Origin: Lama glama
Taxonomy: Eukaryota
Direction: 5' to 3'
NCBI GenBank assembly: GCA_028534125.1
Contig: CM052816.1
Coordinates: 35,838,001-35,902,000, forward strand
Length of the DNA: 64,000 nucleotides
A program made the translations under genes and the position numbers. This document shows positions 36,742 to 50,659 of this stretch, one piece after another; the first letter of the stretch is position 1; each line of letters begins with the position of its first letter. The notes below the pieces were generated by a model. The model was not told the DNA's origin and searched no databases. It saw only the letters and a list, made by a program, of their open reading frames with translations.

Positions 36742-39700
36742 ACAAAGAAAAAAAAAATCGTACATAATGAAGCTTTTTCAATAAGATTTCTTCACCTTTC
36801 TTTGGAATCAAGGGTATTCTATCTTAAGAACTATGTTCAGTGACAGTACCCTCCGTAGTAATTAACAGTATTCCCAGCCCTACCTCCACACTCCCATGAA
36901 AACACTTTATTTTTACAGAAGCAGTAGTTTTAGCATTTTCTCAACAGCTATGTCTTTCAATAATGACACATACATAACATGAGTGAGTGACTGTCACTGG
37001 CTCCGTGTTTACAGGGAGACTCAGGAACTCAAGTGGGTTTGTCAAAGGGAGAACTAACCACCACATGTCTAGCTAGTGCCTCCCCCAGTGCCTTTCCCAT
37101 TCCTCAGTAGTAACTTTCTCACCTCACTAAAGACATTACCACACCACATACACTGATTGCTTTGGTGTCAGGGTCACACCTTGTTAATCTTGTGTTGACT
37201 GTAGTTAGCGTAGTGCTGGGCACACAGTAGGCACTTTGTAGAATTTTTAAGATATGAGAATGATGATGCCATTAAGCACATAGCATCTGCTTAGATCCTG
37301 CTCATCTTTCATTTCATAGAAAAGGAGCTACGCTTTAGTTAACACGTTTTGTACTTGACAATTACAAGGCACAGAGAACCTATGATTATTCTTCACAGTA
37401 GAAGTGTAAATAGATCCTTATTCATTGTCTTTCTCAGCTGTATTGTTTGGTCTCAGCCTCTTACGTATTTGAAGAGATGGATTGATGATGGCAAAACAGG
37501 TGACAGGCTTTAGGCCACAGGGAATGTGTGGTCAAGTGAGTTTGGCTTTTTTCATGTTACTGAATCCTCCTGTTCACCTGGCGAAAACAGTAACAGCAGA
37601 CCGACTGATTTAGTCAAGGCTTAGGGTGGGCCTTTAAGGGTGCTTGTTGTTTTTGTTTTAACAGTCATGAAATCAAGAATTTCATCTTCAAAAATGCCAA
37701 ACACTTTAAAATATTTTGGGGCTGTTCTGTAAAGACTTAATGACTTTAAATCTGTGCAGTGTCACAAGCTATGACTAAAGTAAAAATAACATTTTCTTTT
37801 TTCCCCTAAAATCCTTTTGAAGTAAGATTTAGACAAAAACATTTATTTGGTCTGGTGTTTTAGGGCAGATTTAATGATAGAATGAGACTAACTATGAAAC
37901 TTGATCCAGTGTATTTTGAGCAAATTGGTTAAGATGGTACTAAAAACACTGTCACACACATGTAAAGATTTGATAGAAATAAATTTGGTAGTTATGTTAA
38001 CATATGAATAGTGAATACCACTTAGGGGGATTTTTAAACAAAATATTGTGAATGATAGTATAATTTTAATTTAGATGTCTCTGGATAAAATGCAAATGAA
38101 CAATGCAGTGTTATGCAAGTTAAAGGTGGCTAAGAAAACACTCAGCTCCTACAAAGCAGATTTACTCATCTTTCTGTCCCCTTGTTTGGAGATTGTCACA
38201 TAATAGATGTTTTACAATTTTTTCTGGATGAATTTATCTCATACTCAAACAGTTGAAAACACTTGCAAGTCATGGCGTTATATAATCAGACAGTGTTTTC
38301 ACCTTTAAAAGTAAATGACAGTTTTTACAAATTTGAGGAAATTCATTTTTTAACTTTCAAGCATCTACTGTGTGTCAGGTACCGACTAGCTAATTAACAA
38401 AAGTATTTTTGAATAACAAAATCGACAGTTATTCATGAATAAATAACCGAATTTATCTGCTTGTTTTGTTTTACAGCAAAAAGTACAAGTTTCTGTTTAC
38501 GTAAGAAATGTCTTTGGATAACATTCCTTTTCCCCTTTAAAGAACCTTCTTCTGCAGGCCATGTTTTCTTCATTAATTTGTATAAAGATTTTTTGGAATG
38601 ATGCAAAATGTTCTACTTTTTTCTGAAATGTTTCTTTTTCTCTCCTTCTGTTTATAAGTAAGTAGTAAACTTTCCCTGAAGGTTCCTAGGAGATACCAAG
38701 TAGCAATATAGTGTTTGTCTGACGAATCTGAGTCAAGGTGCCTATTTCTCTCTAATGGAGGATGACAACGATGGATTTAAGAAGTCACCCCCTCATTGTC
38801 TCCAGCACAAAAACCTTCCGCCTGCATCTTTCAGCTTGTATCACCACTTCTAAAGGATCCATGGGCAAACTGCTGAATTTTTATTAATCAGCTTAACTTA
38901 ATGAGATGAAAAGTCCTTTTCAAAAGAATGAAGAAGGGAGAGACAGATACTGAGAGCCACTCTAATTCTTTTCCATGAAAAAACCATTTTCCTCCCAGAT
39001 TTTTAGAGAAGACACATTCAGTCCTGTTTCCAGGTAATTCATCTGGCTCGTCTTTCTAATTTTCACACACTTGGGGACTTGCTCTAGCCATGTGCTGCCT
39101 TTATTATTATTTTTTAAAGAAAGGAGACAGCTATAGAGAAGAGTTAATGAGAGTTGAGGGGGGAAATACCTTTGGGAAAGGAGGCAGGAAAGCTTAAGCT
39201 GATAAAACATGACTCTTTTTTGATGGGGGCTCTGTTTGGATAACTTGCCCTTGTCTAAATTCTTCTCCCTTCCCGTTCTTCCTGCCTCCCCCCTCCTTCC
39301 TCTCCCCTGTCTTGTCAAGCCTACTTCATAAACAGTAGCAGCTGGGGACCTTTTAGTGGCATTCAGGGATTACTTCCCTTCGGGGTTTTAATAAGCCCTG
39401 GTGCTTGAAACACAGTAAAGGCGCTTCTGGAGACAATCACCATTCAGCCTGGGGACCATGGAACCTTTTCAGGGCCCAGATGGTTGGGTCCAGGCAGGAC
39501 CCCAGGATGTGGAGAGCACAGCAGATCACCATAGCTGGGAGTCCGTGGGCCCTGAAGGATAGACCAGGAGGCGGTCAGTAGAGGGATGGGTTTCTGTGCG
39601 GTCAATAGAGGGTGCATCCCATGATTTCTCAACCCACTTGATTCATGCTCCCTTAAATTGCTGGACTGAAATCTGTGACCAGCCAGAGTTGTCACCACCC

Positions 39701-42700
39701 AAGTCCCATGGTTCAGATCTTATGAGAACCCTCACGGTGGGAAGCCGCCACAGTGGGGACACTAAGATGGCAAGATGCTGACCTCATTTGGTAGATCTCC
39801 TCAGGTGTTACAGAGCTGAGCCTGTTAGAGGTCAGGCGGTGCAGAATGCCTCAATGTTGGAAGAGGAGTGTCTTATTGCCACTTTATTGTTTGTGGAGGC
39901 CACCTAGTAGCTTTCTTACGTTACCTAGTCATTTATCCCAATATGTGGCTTTTAAAATTTAGTTCTTGAGTGGATCAGGAAAACACATAAAGATGGTGCC
40001 ACATGGGTGCTTCAAGTTCATCTGATTTTGTTTGTTTTGTCTTTGTAGATGGGAAAAACAGGAGGCAAATGACATTTTAGATGTCACACAGATTACAGAT
40101 CTGTCTTCTCATCTATGATTTCTGAGATTTTTTCCCCCTTGCTCTCCTGTACGTAATTCTGTGTTTAAAGTGTTTCCAGAAAGAACTAGTAGAAAATCCC
40201 AGGGTGCCAAGGAAAAGGATGGCCAATCCCAGTATTTCCTTTTTCTTTCTATTTTGCACGTGTCAGTTTTCCCTCTCCATTCCATCTTGACTTCATGTCA
40301 TTCAGGAAGGTAAAAACACGGGCATTTCAGAGGATGTCGTGACTGCCCTATTATGCAGCGTTCTTTACAAGTCACATGGGTTCCAGGGACAGAACTTCGA
40401 TTTCAGCAGTTTGGGAATCAGTCCACTCTCAACATTCGTTTGCCTTTTAACACCAGTGGGTAAATTTTTTCATTAGGTGGATTTCTGGACACAGAAAATA
40501 CAATTGCTTATGATTTCACTAAAGCATTAAGTGAAGGCGGTAGAAGCTGCCTGTCACAATGCCGTCTGGTTAGATCAGATTCCCTGGTCTTGTCTCCACT
40601 TAACCCACTTCATGGCTTTTAGATCGTGTCCTTCTCTGACAGTTTCAACTGGGGAAACGAGAACAGTTTTAAGCTAGTCTTTGGGGGTTGAGTCTGGGCT
40701 CAGTGTGGAGCTGGAATATTAGGAAACAGCTGTTCTTGGCCTGGGTGGACAGTCATTGATTTTTAAGTACTTGGGCCTCCTGATGGCATAAAAACCCATT
40801 TGTGCCTCTTTAGATTAAGGTTAATTTTTGTGGTAGTGAGTGCAGATGCAGTGAACAGATGCTGCACACTTGCTTTGGCTTTTATACATACTCTATACTT
40901 TAAAATGAAATTTAATTAAAAATTAAATGCATCATTAGGTCATAAAAATAAAAAAAAAATTCCCTGATAAGGGTGTATTGCATCAAATCAAATCATGGTC
41001 AATGTGGAAAGCTGATATATTAATTAATAAAGTTCATAGATAAATGTGAACTGTCCATAATTGATGCTTTTTTTTCCTCCCCCCATAGTTTATAGCCTAC
41101 CAGGCTCTTGTATAATCATTTCATGAAACAATTTTAATCAGAATCAAACAGTTACAAGGATTGGAAAATGATGTTTATTCATTTTCTCCAACACAATGAA
41201 AATTACAGCTTTCAACTTCTGTGTGAGCTTTACTCTAAGTATTCATACATTTTATTTATTTAGACATGAATAGAAATGTACACCAGGCTGCTAAAATTCA
41301 ACCTCTGAAATACGAGACAAGTGACTGTGGTGTGGCTTGCAAAGGTGTGCTCAGCAGGACCCCCAGATCGTCTTCTGGGGAAGGAGAAACATCCCAGTTG
41401 TCTGGGAGGTTTGTGATTGACCTTGCGTGTGCCAGCGTTCTCATTTGTCTTTCAAAGTATCTGTATAGTGGTTACCTCTGTGGTTAGGAAATCATTTGTA
41501 GCTTAGAGTTGTAATGCTGGGAGACAGTCCGCTCACCTGCAGATAATGTTTCATTAGCCTCTTTCAAATTGACAGGGCTGGCTGCTTCCATGTATTCCTC
41601 TGGTGGAGCTGAATGATCGCTCTGTTTGTTTTCTTCTTTCTTGTTACAGGTCACTTTCAGTAAGGATTCTCCCCTCAGGCCTTATTAAAGTAACAACCAG
41701 ATAAACAAACTATGCTTCCCAAATCAGGAAGAGGGGAGATGGGACTTGGTATCCCTAACTCACCTTGGTTTTCTTACTGTGAATTTGTTTTCATTAGAGA
41801 AGGAGCATTGCACTAGAGAAAAGTTTACACACAATTCAGCAATTCATGCTGGGATATTTCTATGTGAGCTTTTCTCGTATGCTTGGCTATTAATTAGTTG
41901 ATTGCATCTAGCCCTTTATTTCTTAGTATTATATAGTAAGTATTTTCTCATTGCTGGAAACAACCTGTATAATACTGAAAATTATCCTTGTCGATGACTG
42001 CGTAAATTTTCATCAGTTCGGTTAACCGTTACTCACTTAACCACTACTTTTCCATCTCATTCCATGGCACTCTAGTTCAATGGGAAATAATAGATATTAA
42101 CTATCCTTCCCCTCAGAGTTTCTGTTACCAGTATGTTTGGGGAAAGCTGGATTAAAGAAGTGACATTATGTCTGAGCCTTTCAGTGCCTTTAACATATGA
42201 ATAATCACTGACAGATCACGATGGAGAAACTCTAGTTATATGTGGCATATCCCAAACTTGCTGACTATTTAGAAATACTGAATTACTGTTCCTTCACATT
42301 AGACATACAACTTTTCATAATGTAGTTGTCCATCATATAAATGACCCATAAGTAACTCAATTTTTTTAAACTTGCTTAAAGCATTCCTTATAGTTTTGTT
42401 TTTCTCTAGGGTAGAATATTACTGGGATTATTGGGTCAAACAGTATTAACATTGTATAATTCTTGGTAATATTGTTAGATTGCTTTCTACTCTCATTATT
42501 CTCTTAGCAGTCCTGGGTCTTTTTTTTTTTTTTAAAGGATCTTGTTTAATGATCCCTCAAGAAAGAGCTGTTGTTTTAATACACATTTCTTTGATAATAA
42601 GTGAGATGAGATGCTTGTTTATTTATATGTTCATGGTTTATAAAGGCACTAATAATTGTTAAGCTTGTTCTTATTAAGCTGTGCCTTTAGAATAAAAATA

Positions 42701-42839
42701 CTGCCGGCTCCCACAGTGCTGGATCAGGCGCTAAGATGAACGCTGGCTATGTTCATAGTCTGCTCAACAGCCTTAGAACAGGAAAACGGTTGCCTGGCTC
42801 TTAGTAGGTACCCATCTCTCTTCAAACAGTGCCGTCTGT

Positions 42840-43035
42840 TAAGTCATATAATTTATATAACGACGCTGTGAGGTAGGTTCTATGACTGCCATCTTTATTT
42901 TGCAGATGAAGAAACTGAGGCATGGATTAATCACAGAGATGTGGGTTACACTGTTGTAAATGGCAGAACTGGGATTATGAACCCAGGTAGTCGGTTCCAG
43001 AGACTGAGCTCCTGACTCTTTCACCGTGCTGCCTC
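42840..43035 (-). mobile_element. MIR SINE
   Basis: ctgtgaggtagg...attttgcagatgaagaaactgaggc...tgaacccagg. Confidence 0.8.
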
Positions 43036-46000
43036 TGGTACCACTATTATTAAGCAAGTGTCTGGTGTATTCTTAAACTTACCAAATGAATGCTGCTGTA
43101 TCCCTGCCCATCCCCTGCCGTTTGCAAAGTAGTAATATTCTAGAAAGTGTAAATTATATCCCATATTTGAAAATCCTAATTTATGCCTGTTGCTGTCCTG
43201 TAAGTGAGGAGATAGGATGGAGAAAAGTGGGAGAGTGTTCAATGGCCAAAGCAATATGTTGTGTTTTAAAAGACACACCTTTGTAACTAGAGGCTAATTT
43301 CTCACCACCTGCAGTGCAGACTCTGTGCTTCTACAGCATTCGATGATTTAGCGCATCTTTGGTATCTTTGGTAAGATTTATTGTGTGGATCGGAAAGTAG
43401 GAGCCTTTAAAGGCAGTTTTTTAATGAAGAGTAATTGCCATGCAAAAATGACCTAAAAAAGTAAACCATTGGCTTAGTCATTTTTCTCTTTAGAAGCTTT
43501 TACATTTGAAATTGATTATGAAATTATATTTTTCTTCCCTTTTGAGGATTTTCATTAAAAATAACTTGTTCTTTATCTGTATTTTTAACTGAATAACTCA
43601 TACTTGAAAAGCAAAAAAAAAAAAGGGGCTTTGCAGCTCTCTGTGAGTATTTGGTCATGAACCTTTCTAATAATATGCTTTCTCCCTCTGAAGCATTATT
43701 CATCTCCTGTTAGCATTCTCCCATGAATTGAGAATTAGGTTTGTGATTTTCTTGACAGATGCTGGAAGCAGGATAGAGTCTCAGGACTTCTCTTGTCAGT
43801 CTAAATATTATATATCGAAAAGAGTTATTTTAACCAAAAATCTTTTTTGGGGGGCTGGGGGGTGGATTAAGGATGGGAGAGGATATGGCAGTTGTTCTGT
43901 TCTTTTCCAGACTTTTGATTCCCCTTAAGATTCTATAAAGATTTTACTTTTTGGTTATGGTTTAACGAAAAGAAAGTGACCGATACTGGAATTATTTACT
44001 GTTGTTGGCTTTATAGAAGAAATTGAAGCCTCCCACAGTAAAATTTAGTGATAGAATCTTTGCTTAGTTCAGCATTTAGACATTTGTAGTGGTCATTACT
44101 GGCGTGAGTAAAATAAAATAAACAAAAAGCAGGCAAATTTTAGGAAGATTTATAGTAGGATGTTCTTATAAAACCAGAAAGTTTAAAATATGGTTGATTT
44201 AAACCAGAAATGCTTGCTTGGTTCTCAAATATTTATAAAATGCTAAATACTTTTCATGCTCTTTTCTGATGGTTTACAGATTATTGCCCCGTATTGGTAT
44301 CATGACACCTACTCCTCTGTCCGAACCTTGCAACCTTCACAGCTGGTTATTATGGGACCGTGTTTGCCCATATTTCACTCTTTCCCTTTCAGACAGCCTT
44401 AATGGGGTTTAGCTTTTAAATTTTCTAACAGAAGTATTGGGTATGCAGGATACGTAGCTTATGATCTGTATTTGAGTACACAGTCTTATCTTCTTGAGAA
44501 AAAAAATTGGCTATGATATTCCAAGTTATTTTAACTGTAATAAATCATGTAATTTGATATAGCGTCTCTTCTGGAAACAAATATGTTACAGTAAACTGAT
44601 AAACAGATCCTTTATTTCAGATTATCCATTTTATTAATAGCTTGAGAGTGTCCTGATGAAGCTTATATGTCAGTTAGTTAAAATTTGTCATGACTTTCTG
44701 AAGTTTCTCACAGTTTTGGGTTATTAATCTCTAAAGGATGAGATAAAGCATTTCCTTGTATTGAATTTGAACATGCTTTATGCTTTGGGGTCCATGAAAT
44801 ATTAAATTCTGTTTGCCATTTTTGCAGGCAAGCTGGGCAGGAAAATTTATGCACGCACATGGATGGGGAAGGGATTGAGGTCATGGCATCTAGGTTTAAG
44901 GATTTGCTTTCTTTTTTTCTCATTTAATAGTAATGTTTAATTGAAATCTGTTTTGAGAGGCTCACAGATCACAAATAATATATATAAAACATACACACAT
45001 ACACATACATATAAATATGTTTTCATGGTAGTTTCGTTACTAGCTTTAGTTAAGACGATGTAGATTGTGTCTGTCTGAAACTGATTTCAGAATCAGTGTT
45101 GTAGCATGCAGAGTATCTAACGTGGTAGCTAAAATGACATATTTAAACAAAACAAGTTTTAAAGTCATAAAAAGGAATAAGAAAGAGGGGAATAATATTT
45201 AAAGCATTGATACTTTCAATAATATTTTCAACCAATTTCCCTTAGGTTTAATTGTCCCCAAGAAGTTTCATTTGTTCACAGTCTGGGCGAACTAGCACAG
45301 CCTTGTGGAATGTTGGCTCACTCAGGAGACCATCCATCGTGAGGCATGAGTGCTTTTACTAACCTGAACTTCACTGTCAGTGTGTCTGCACGGATCTGAA
45401 TTGATACATCTCCATTTCTTAATGAGGAGTTTGGTCTTAAATGTAGTGAACCCTCTCACTGTGAGGCTGTCTGTTACCTAAGGCTCAAAATCTATCATAA
45501 TTACCATTTCTCTTAAACACCCATCATTAAGGAGTGCACAAAATGCTTGCCTTAAAAGGATAGTTTCATGGAGATTGCTTCTTGAGTATGTGTCAGCACA
45601 AAATGAAATCCCTGGGGTTAAGAAAAAGAAGCACTTACACGCTGAAAAGTGGTGAAAAATCTACAGATTGAAATACTGCTGACTGAAAGGCAGCCGATGG
45701 GATGCATGTTGGTGCAACCACAGAGGCAGCTAGGTCTGTGCCCCACAGAATTGGTGGGGACATTTCTTTCCCTGCTGGTGAGTTGAAATCCAAAAGCAGG
45801 AACCCGTTATGTGAGAAGTAGCTGATTTTGCCTAGACAAGAATAGACATCCAGTTTTGGGCTAAAAATGATAAGGAGTTGGCTTAAAGCAAAAAATAAAA
45901 TAAAAGCAGTCATACATTAAAATAAAAACTCTGCATCATGATTTATTGACTTTGGCCATATCAATTTGCTAAATCATATGGATGCGATTTAGGAAGAATG

Positions 46001-48639
46001 TTATTTTAAGACGCTTTGCTCCCCTTTAATTTGACATCACTAAACCTGAAGCCTTCTGGAAACCACAGTTCAAAATGGTTTTTCCCCCTAGAGTTTTCAT
46101 CAATTTGCATTTAGAAATGTAATATTAGCTCGCATGTAGACTAAGGATTAATTTTGGAATATTTCTAGATAATAGGAGCCTCATTCCAAAAATGAAGTTG
46201 AGTATCATTTGACAAGAATTAACTGCTGTTCTCCTGAATTTCATGTATTTTTAAGGCCAGCTTTTGATTTATCAACATCCTTACTGATACCTAGTTTTAT
46301 TCTTTCTCTTTTCCACTCTTGCGTAGACTGCTAGGATTACTCTCCTTTTTTTCTTTTTAAGGTTTGGAAATGTTGCATTATATTTCAAGAATGATCTCCA
46401 TAAAGGAGATAAATAGGCTTGATACAGTTATATGAATTTTTTCAGTTATATATATATATATATATAAATCATTTGGGGTGTGCACACAAGTTTCAGTTTA
46501 AGTTTTAATTTGCTTCTGTGGATGAAGTACAGCACCCTCCTGGCATTCAGAGGCTGTCAGTGTTACCGAGTTTTGAACTTCCCAGGGCATTTCAAGGAGG
46601 ATACTTGTTTTCTCTGCAGTTTTTGAATGTAAGTTTTGTTTGTTTGTTTTTCTGTGAATTTTCAAATCGCAATGTAAAACATAGAATACTAATGAAGAAA
46701 CTTGAAGGGTTTCTGAATCACGGTCAAGAGATACAGTAGTTTCAAAGAGAGTTAGACCAGCCATCTCTACATCTGTTGATGGCCTGCCAGCTCCAGGTCA
46801 TACATCACACTCAAGCCAAGGTATAGACTCTGTGAGAGGCTCCAAGTTTGTTTCCTTAAAGTTGGAGTAACTTTACGTGGAAACAGTGTGTCTTTTCTCT
46901 TAAAACCTTTGCATATGTAATTGTTTACCTTTTTCTGGAAGGTCTAAGATGCCAAGGACCTCGAAAGTAGTGTTTCCTGAACTTCCTGGGCTGCATCCAG
47001 GGCCAGAAATGCACATCAGTTGTTAGGATGGGTGGCCTTTGCGATTTTTCATCAGTTTTTGCAAGTGTGAATACTTTTGTGAGCAGTTCATTCATTTTGC
47101 CTCTCTGCTCCAAGTGGACAGTGAACAGGAAGGTTTCCTGCTGAGGGTACTGGGGGCTTTCTCCAGTGCATTTGAATCTTCAACATGCGTGCCATTCCCC
47201 TGGCCTCCTATCAGTGGTAAAAGGAACATGGCACGTAGGTGTTTAAATTATTCATCGTCATAATCGGCCTTTATGTTACACTGCCTTGCCAGGCCTCTGT
47301 TATTCTAGTGCATAATTGATGGTGCTCACAAGTGGAAAAGTTAGAAAAGCGGAAGTAATGTGCCGCAGCAGCAGTGCCGGGAGGCCGCGGGGGCGCGGCG
47401 GCGGCGGGCGGGGCGGAGGGCGGCCTCTGCCCAGCGCCCAGGACGCGCACAAGTACCGGGGCGCATTTGGCATCTGCTCAGGAAATATTTCCCTTATTTT
47501 CTGCATGCAGAAAGGGGTGGGAAAGGTGAAAAGAGTCAGCACATCAGATTTTTGCAGCCTAACTGCACCTCTGATCTGGGCTTTTGAGTAGAACTGACTA
47601 GTTTACATGTAATTTGACCGAAAAACAGATTTTTAACGTTTTTGGAGGAGTCCACTGCAGAAAAGGGCCCTGAGTCTGGCCTCGTTGGTATTAAGATTCA
47701 CAAATGGCTCACAAAAAAATGAAAGCAGGAAGAAATTTTTAAAAAGCAGAGTGCACGTAAAATAACAAATTCAGTTTAGACTTGAAGGACTTTTCCCTTC
47801 TTGTTATACCTCTGTGTGCACTTATTGGAAAGCAAGAAATGGAAAATATTCTGCACTGTGCATAAAAGTGCACTAGTAACGATGAGTTTAGGGCAGACTG
47901 CACATAAAGAAACAAAATACTGAACTTTGAGGTGAATTCTGAAGTCTGATTTTGGCCAAGTTATTTTGAAAGGACAGTTTTTAAACTTAGTTTAAATAAT
48001 GCACTTTTGGGTACATGAGTAGATTAGGAAAATATTTTCAAAGAATGTTGTCAACAACCATATTGGAGATCTCTTCTGGTGGATTAAAAAGTTGGCTCTA
48101 TATAGTTTTAATTTCCATCCTTGAAGAGTGTTCATTTGAGACATGTCCTCTGAATTTTCTGCAATAGGCTTGCTAGTGAGAGGAGAGAGGATGGGAGAAG
48201 GAAGTGTTCTCTAGATAAAACATGGTGAGATTTTGTGTGTATTTGAAGTGGAAGGTTGTGGAGCACCTGGTTAATTATAAAAGGTATATATCATGTATCT
48301 TGGTTAATTATGGAAGCATAACTCACATAACTCAACTAGTGTTATAAAGATGGAAAGAAGAACAAAGAAGAGGGGGAAAGGATGCAGGAGAGAAGGATCA
48401 ACAAGACGGAGAATAATGTGCTTTTTAAAAGAGAAAAGCAGTAGGTAGTTGGCGTGAGGGGAGATTGCTGGTAGAGTGAAGAGAGGAAAGATCCAGTATT
48501 TGCTTATCTTTCTCATCTACTGTGTCAATGGTTTTCCCTACTGGAATTTTCCCAAAGTGTCATAATTTGGGGGTATTCTTGCAAGGTGCCAGGGCTGTTC
48601 CGGAAGGGCACCACTTACAACTACATGGAGCCTGTTAGA

Positions 48640-48835
48640 GGAGAGGAGAAACTGACCTGGAGAGCTGAGGAGTGGAGAGCAAGTGAGAAGACAGGGAGGA
48701 GAGGAAAACAGAGTCAGACAAGAAGAGAGGGAGGAAGATGTAGAAGATGTAGGGCCCTTGGGAAGAGAGAGGGGAAAGGAGAGGGGAGGGAAGTAAGGAG
48801 AGAGAGAAGGGAGGGAGGAGATAGAGTGAGAGAAG
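48640..48835 (+). repeat. GA-rich low-complexity tract
   Basis: About 200 bp strongly purine-biased on the + strand. Confidence 0.75.
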
Positions 48836-50659
48836 CAGCTGCCTTGTTTCTACCACTCGGTGCCTCGGTCCACATCCGTTCTTCCTTCTCTCTGCCGGGT
48901 GCTGGGTGGATGGGGCCAGCACCTCTGCAAGACCGCCAGGAGGACCGAGTGCAGGGCCTCCCTTCCAAGGGGCTGGTTTCTTGCTTCCTTTAGAAACTGG
49001 TACCCATCCCATGATGAACTAGTGAAGAACATCAGAGTGATGCCTAAGAAATTTCAAATAAATGCAAAATCTCCAAATTTCTTGGTGAAATCTGACCCTA
49101 ACTAAAGCTCTTCTGATAACTTTTGTTTTCTTCTTTTATTTTTCCCTCGAGGAAATGAATAGTTTCTGTTGAATCTTTTTTAAATGACAGTGGTTAAAGT
49201 CTTTTGTGCTGCAGAGATAATTAAGAGGATGTAAATACATATTTATCTTCCATTTTTATTAGAAAGATATTCATCTCTGTGTCTTCAAGTTATACTTCAT
49301 TTGCATTAAGAAGTAGGTATAAAATAAACATTTGGTGGTAATGATTTCATACCCCTCAGTGTTCTATTGGAAGAACTGTTCTTGTGTATCCACATGAACT
49401 AGTAATTTTTCAGTGTTCAGGAAAGCTATGTTGGCTCTGTGGATGTCAACAATTATACCTTTTTAGTTTTACCATGGACAAAATTTATATATGCATATTT
49501 ATTTCTGTATATATAGTCCACATATATGTATATATGCAAAGTTTACATATATTTTAAAATATAAGTTTATATTTTTCTCCTTGGCCTTTGTTTTAGATGC
49601 AGAATATGCAGAATTATTTGCTAATCGTTTATTAATTGTTAAAAACGACTAACTAGAATTTGCTAAATATTGCATTTTTTTGATTGAGTGTACCGTAACA
49701 CTAAAATTTTATTTCTATTAAAGCAACACACACATAATAATTTTCAAACAGTGCAAAAGCAGTTCAAAGGAACAGAATGAAAATGTCTCCTTCTTTCCCA
49801 CCTTTTTCCTTTTCACTAGAGGCAAATATAGGAGACTTTAAGAAAAGTATTTAGGATACCTAAAAACCACATGTTGAGATAATATGCTACATCTTTTGCA
49901 TTTATTTTCTATAAGTGCAGAAAATAAAATAATTATGTGAGTTGGCTTGTCCATCCTTCCTTCCTCATGTCTTTCTCACATGATTGGTTTTTTAGTATTG
50001 TAATATTAATCAGGATTGATGTCATTATCTTTCCCAGATCTCAAAAATACTACCTTCCTTTGTCCTAAATAAGAACTTTTCACAGACCTCAAAAGACTAA
50101 GGGACGACTTGACTGAGACTCACATCCATTTTATTTCAGCTTCATATTTCATCCTTGAGTTACATTGTAATTTTGTTTTCAATTGCCATTACTCATTGTC
50201 AATGTAATATTTAGTATTTATCAACTGTTCTCTGGGTACAATATGGTGTGGCATTTTCAATAATGTATAGATTAGCTGTTTTTCCAGACCATGAATAGCT
50301 TGTAGCCTAGGTAGGAAACAAAAAGAAGTACTTTCAGTATTATATATACCTAGTGACAAATTTTCATAATGAATGGATTTGGGAAAGTGTAGCAGGAAGT
50401 ACTCAATTTATACAAAGTATTCTAGATACTTTGTGTTTTGAGTTTCATTTTATATGCTAATATGTTTTTTGAGACTGTGTCTAACAGGAATCCTCTAAAG
50501 TGCTACAATGTATATAACTTAATAAACCTATTACTTTTTTTAAAAATTAAAGTTCTCTCGGTGCTGGTAATACACAGCATTTGATTAAATGTGAGACTTC
50601 CTAAGACGCATCACGCCATCCTAGCTTCTTTTAGAATTTAGAAAATAAGCTCTAGAACT

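Noticed and set aside
36598..36843. 81-aa ORF, or a functional U6 gene
   Set aside because: The ORF is a translation of the U6 retrocopy. The TSD, A-tail and mutated ACAGAGA box indicate a pseudogene.
39897..39912. CTCF-like CTACTAGGTGGC on the minus strand
   Set aside because: Mismatch at the conserved CC of the core. Too weak without data.
48586..49105. Cluster of 60-135 aa ORFs
   Set aside because: Arises from the GA-rich low-complexity tract.
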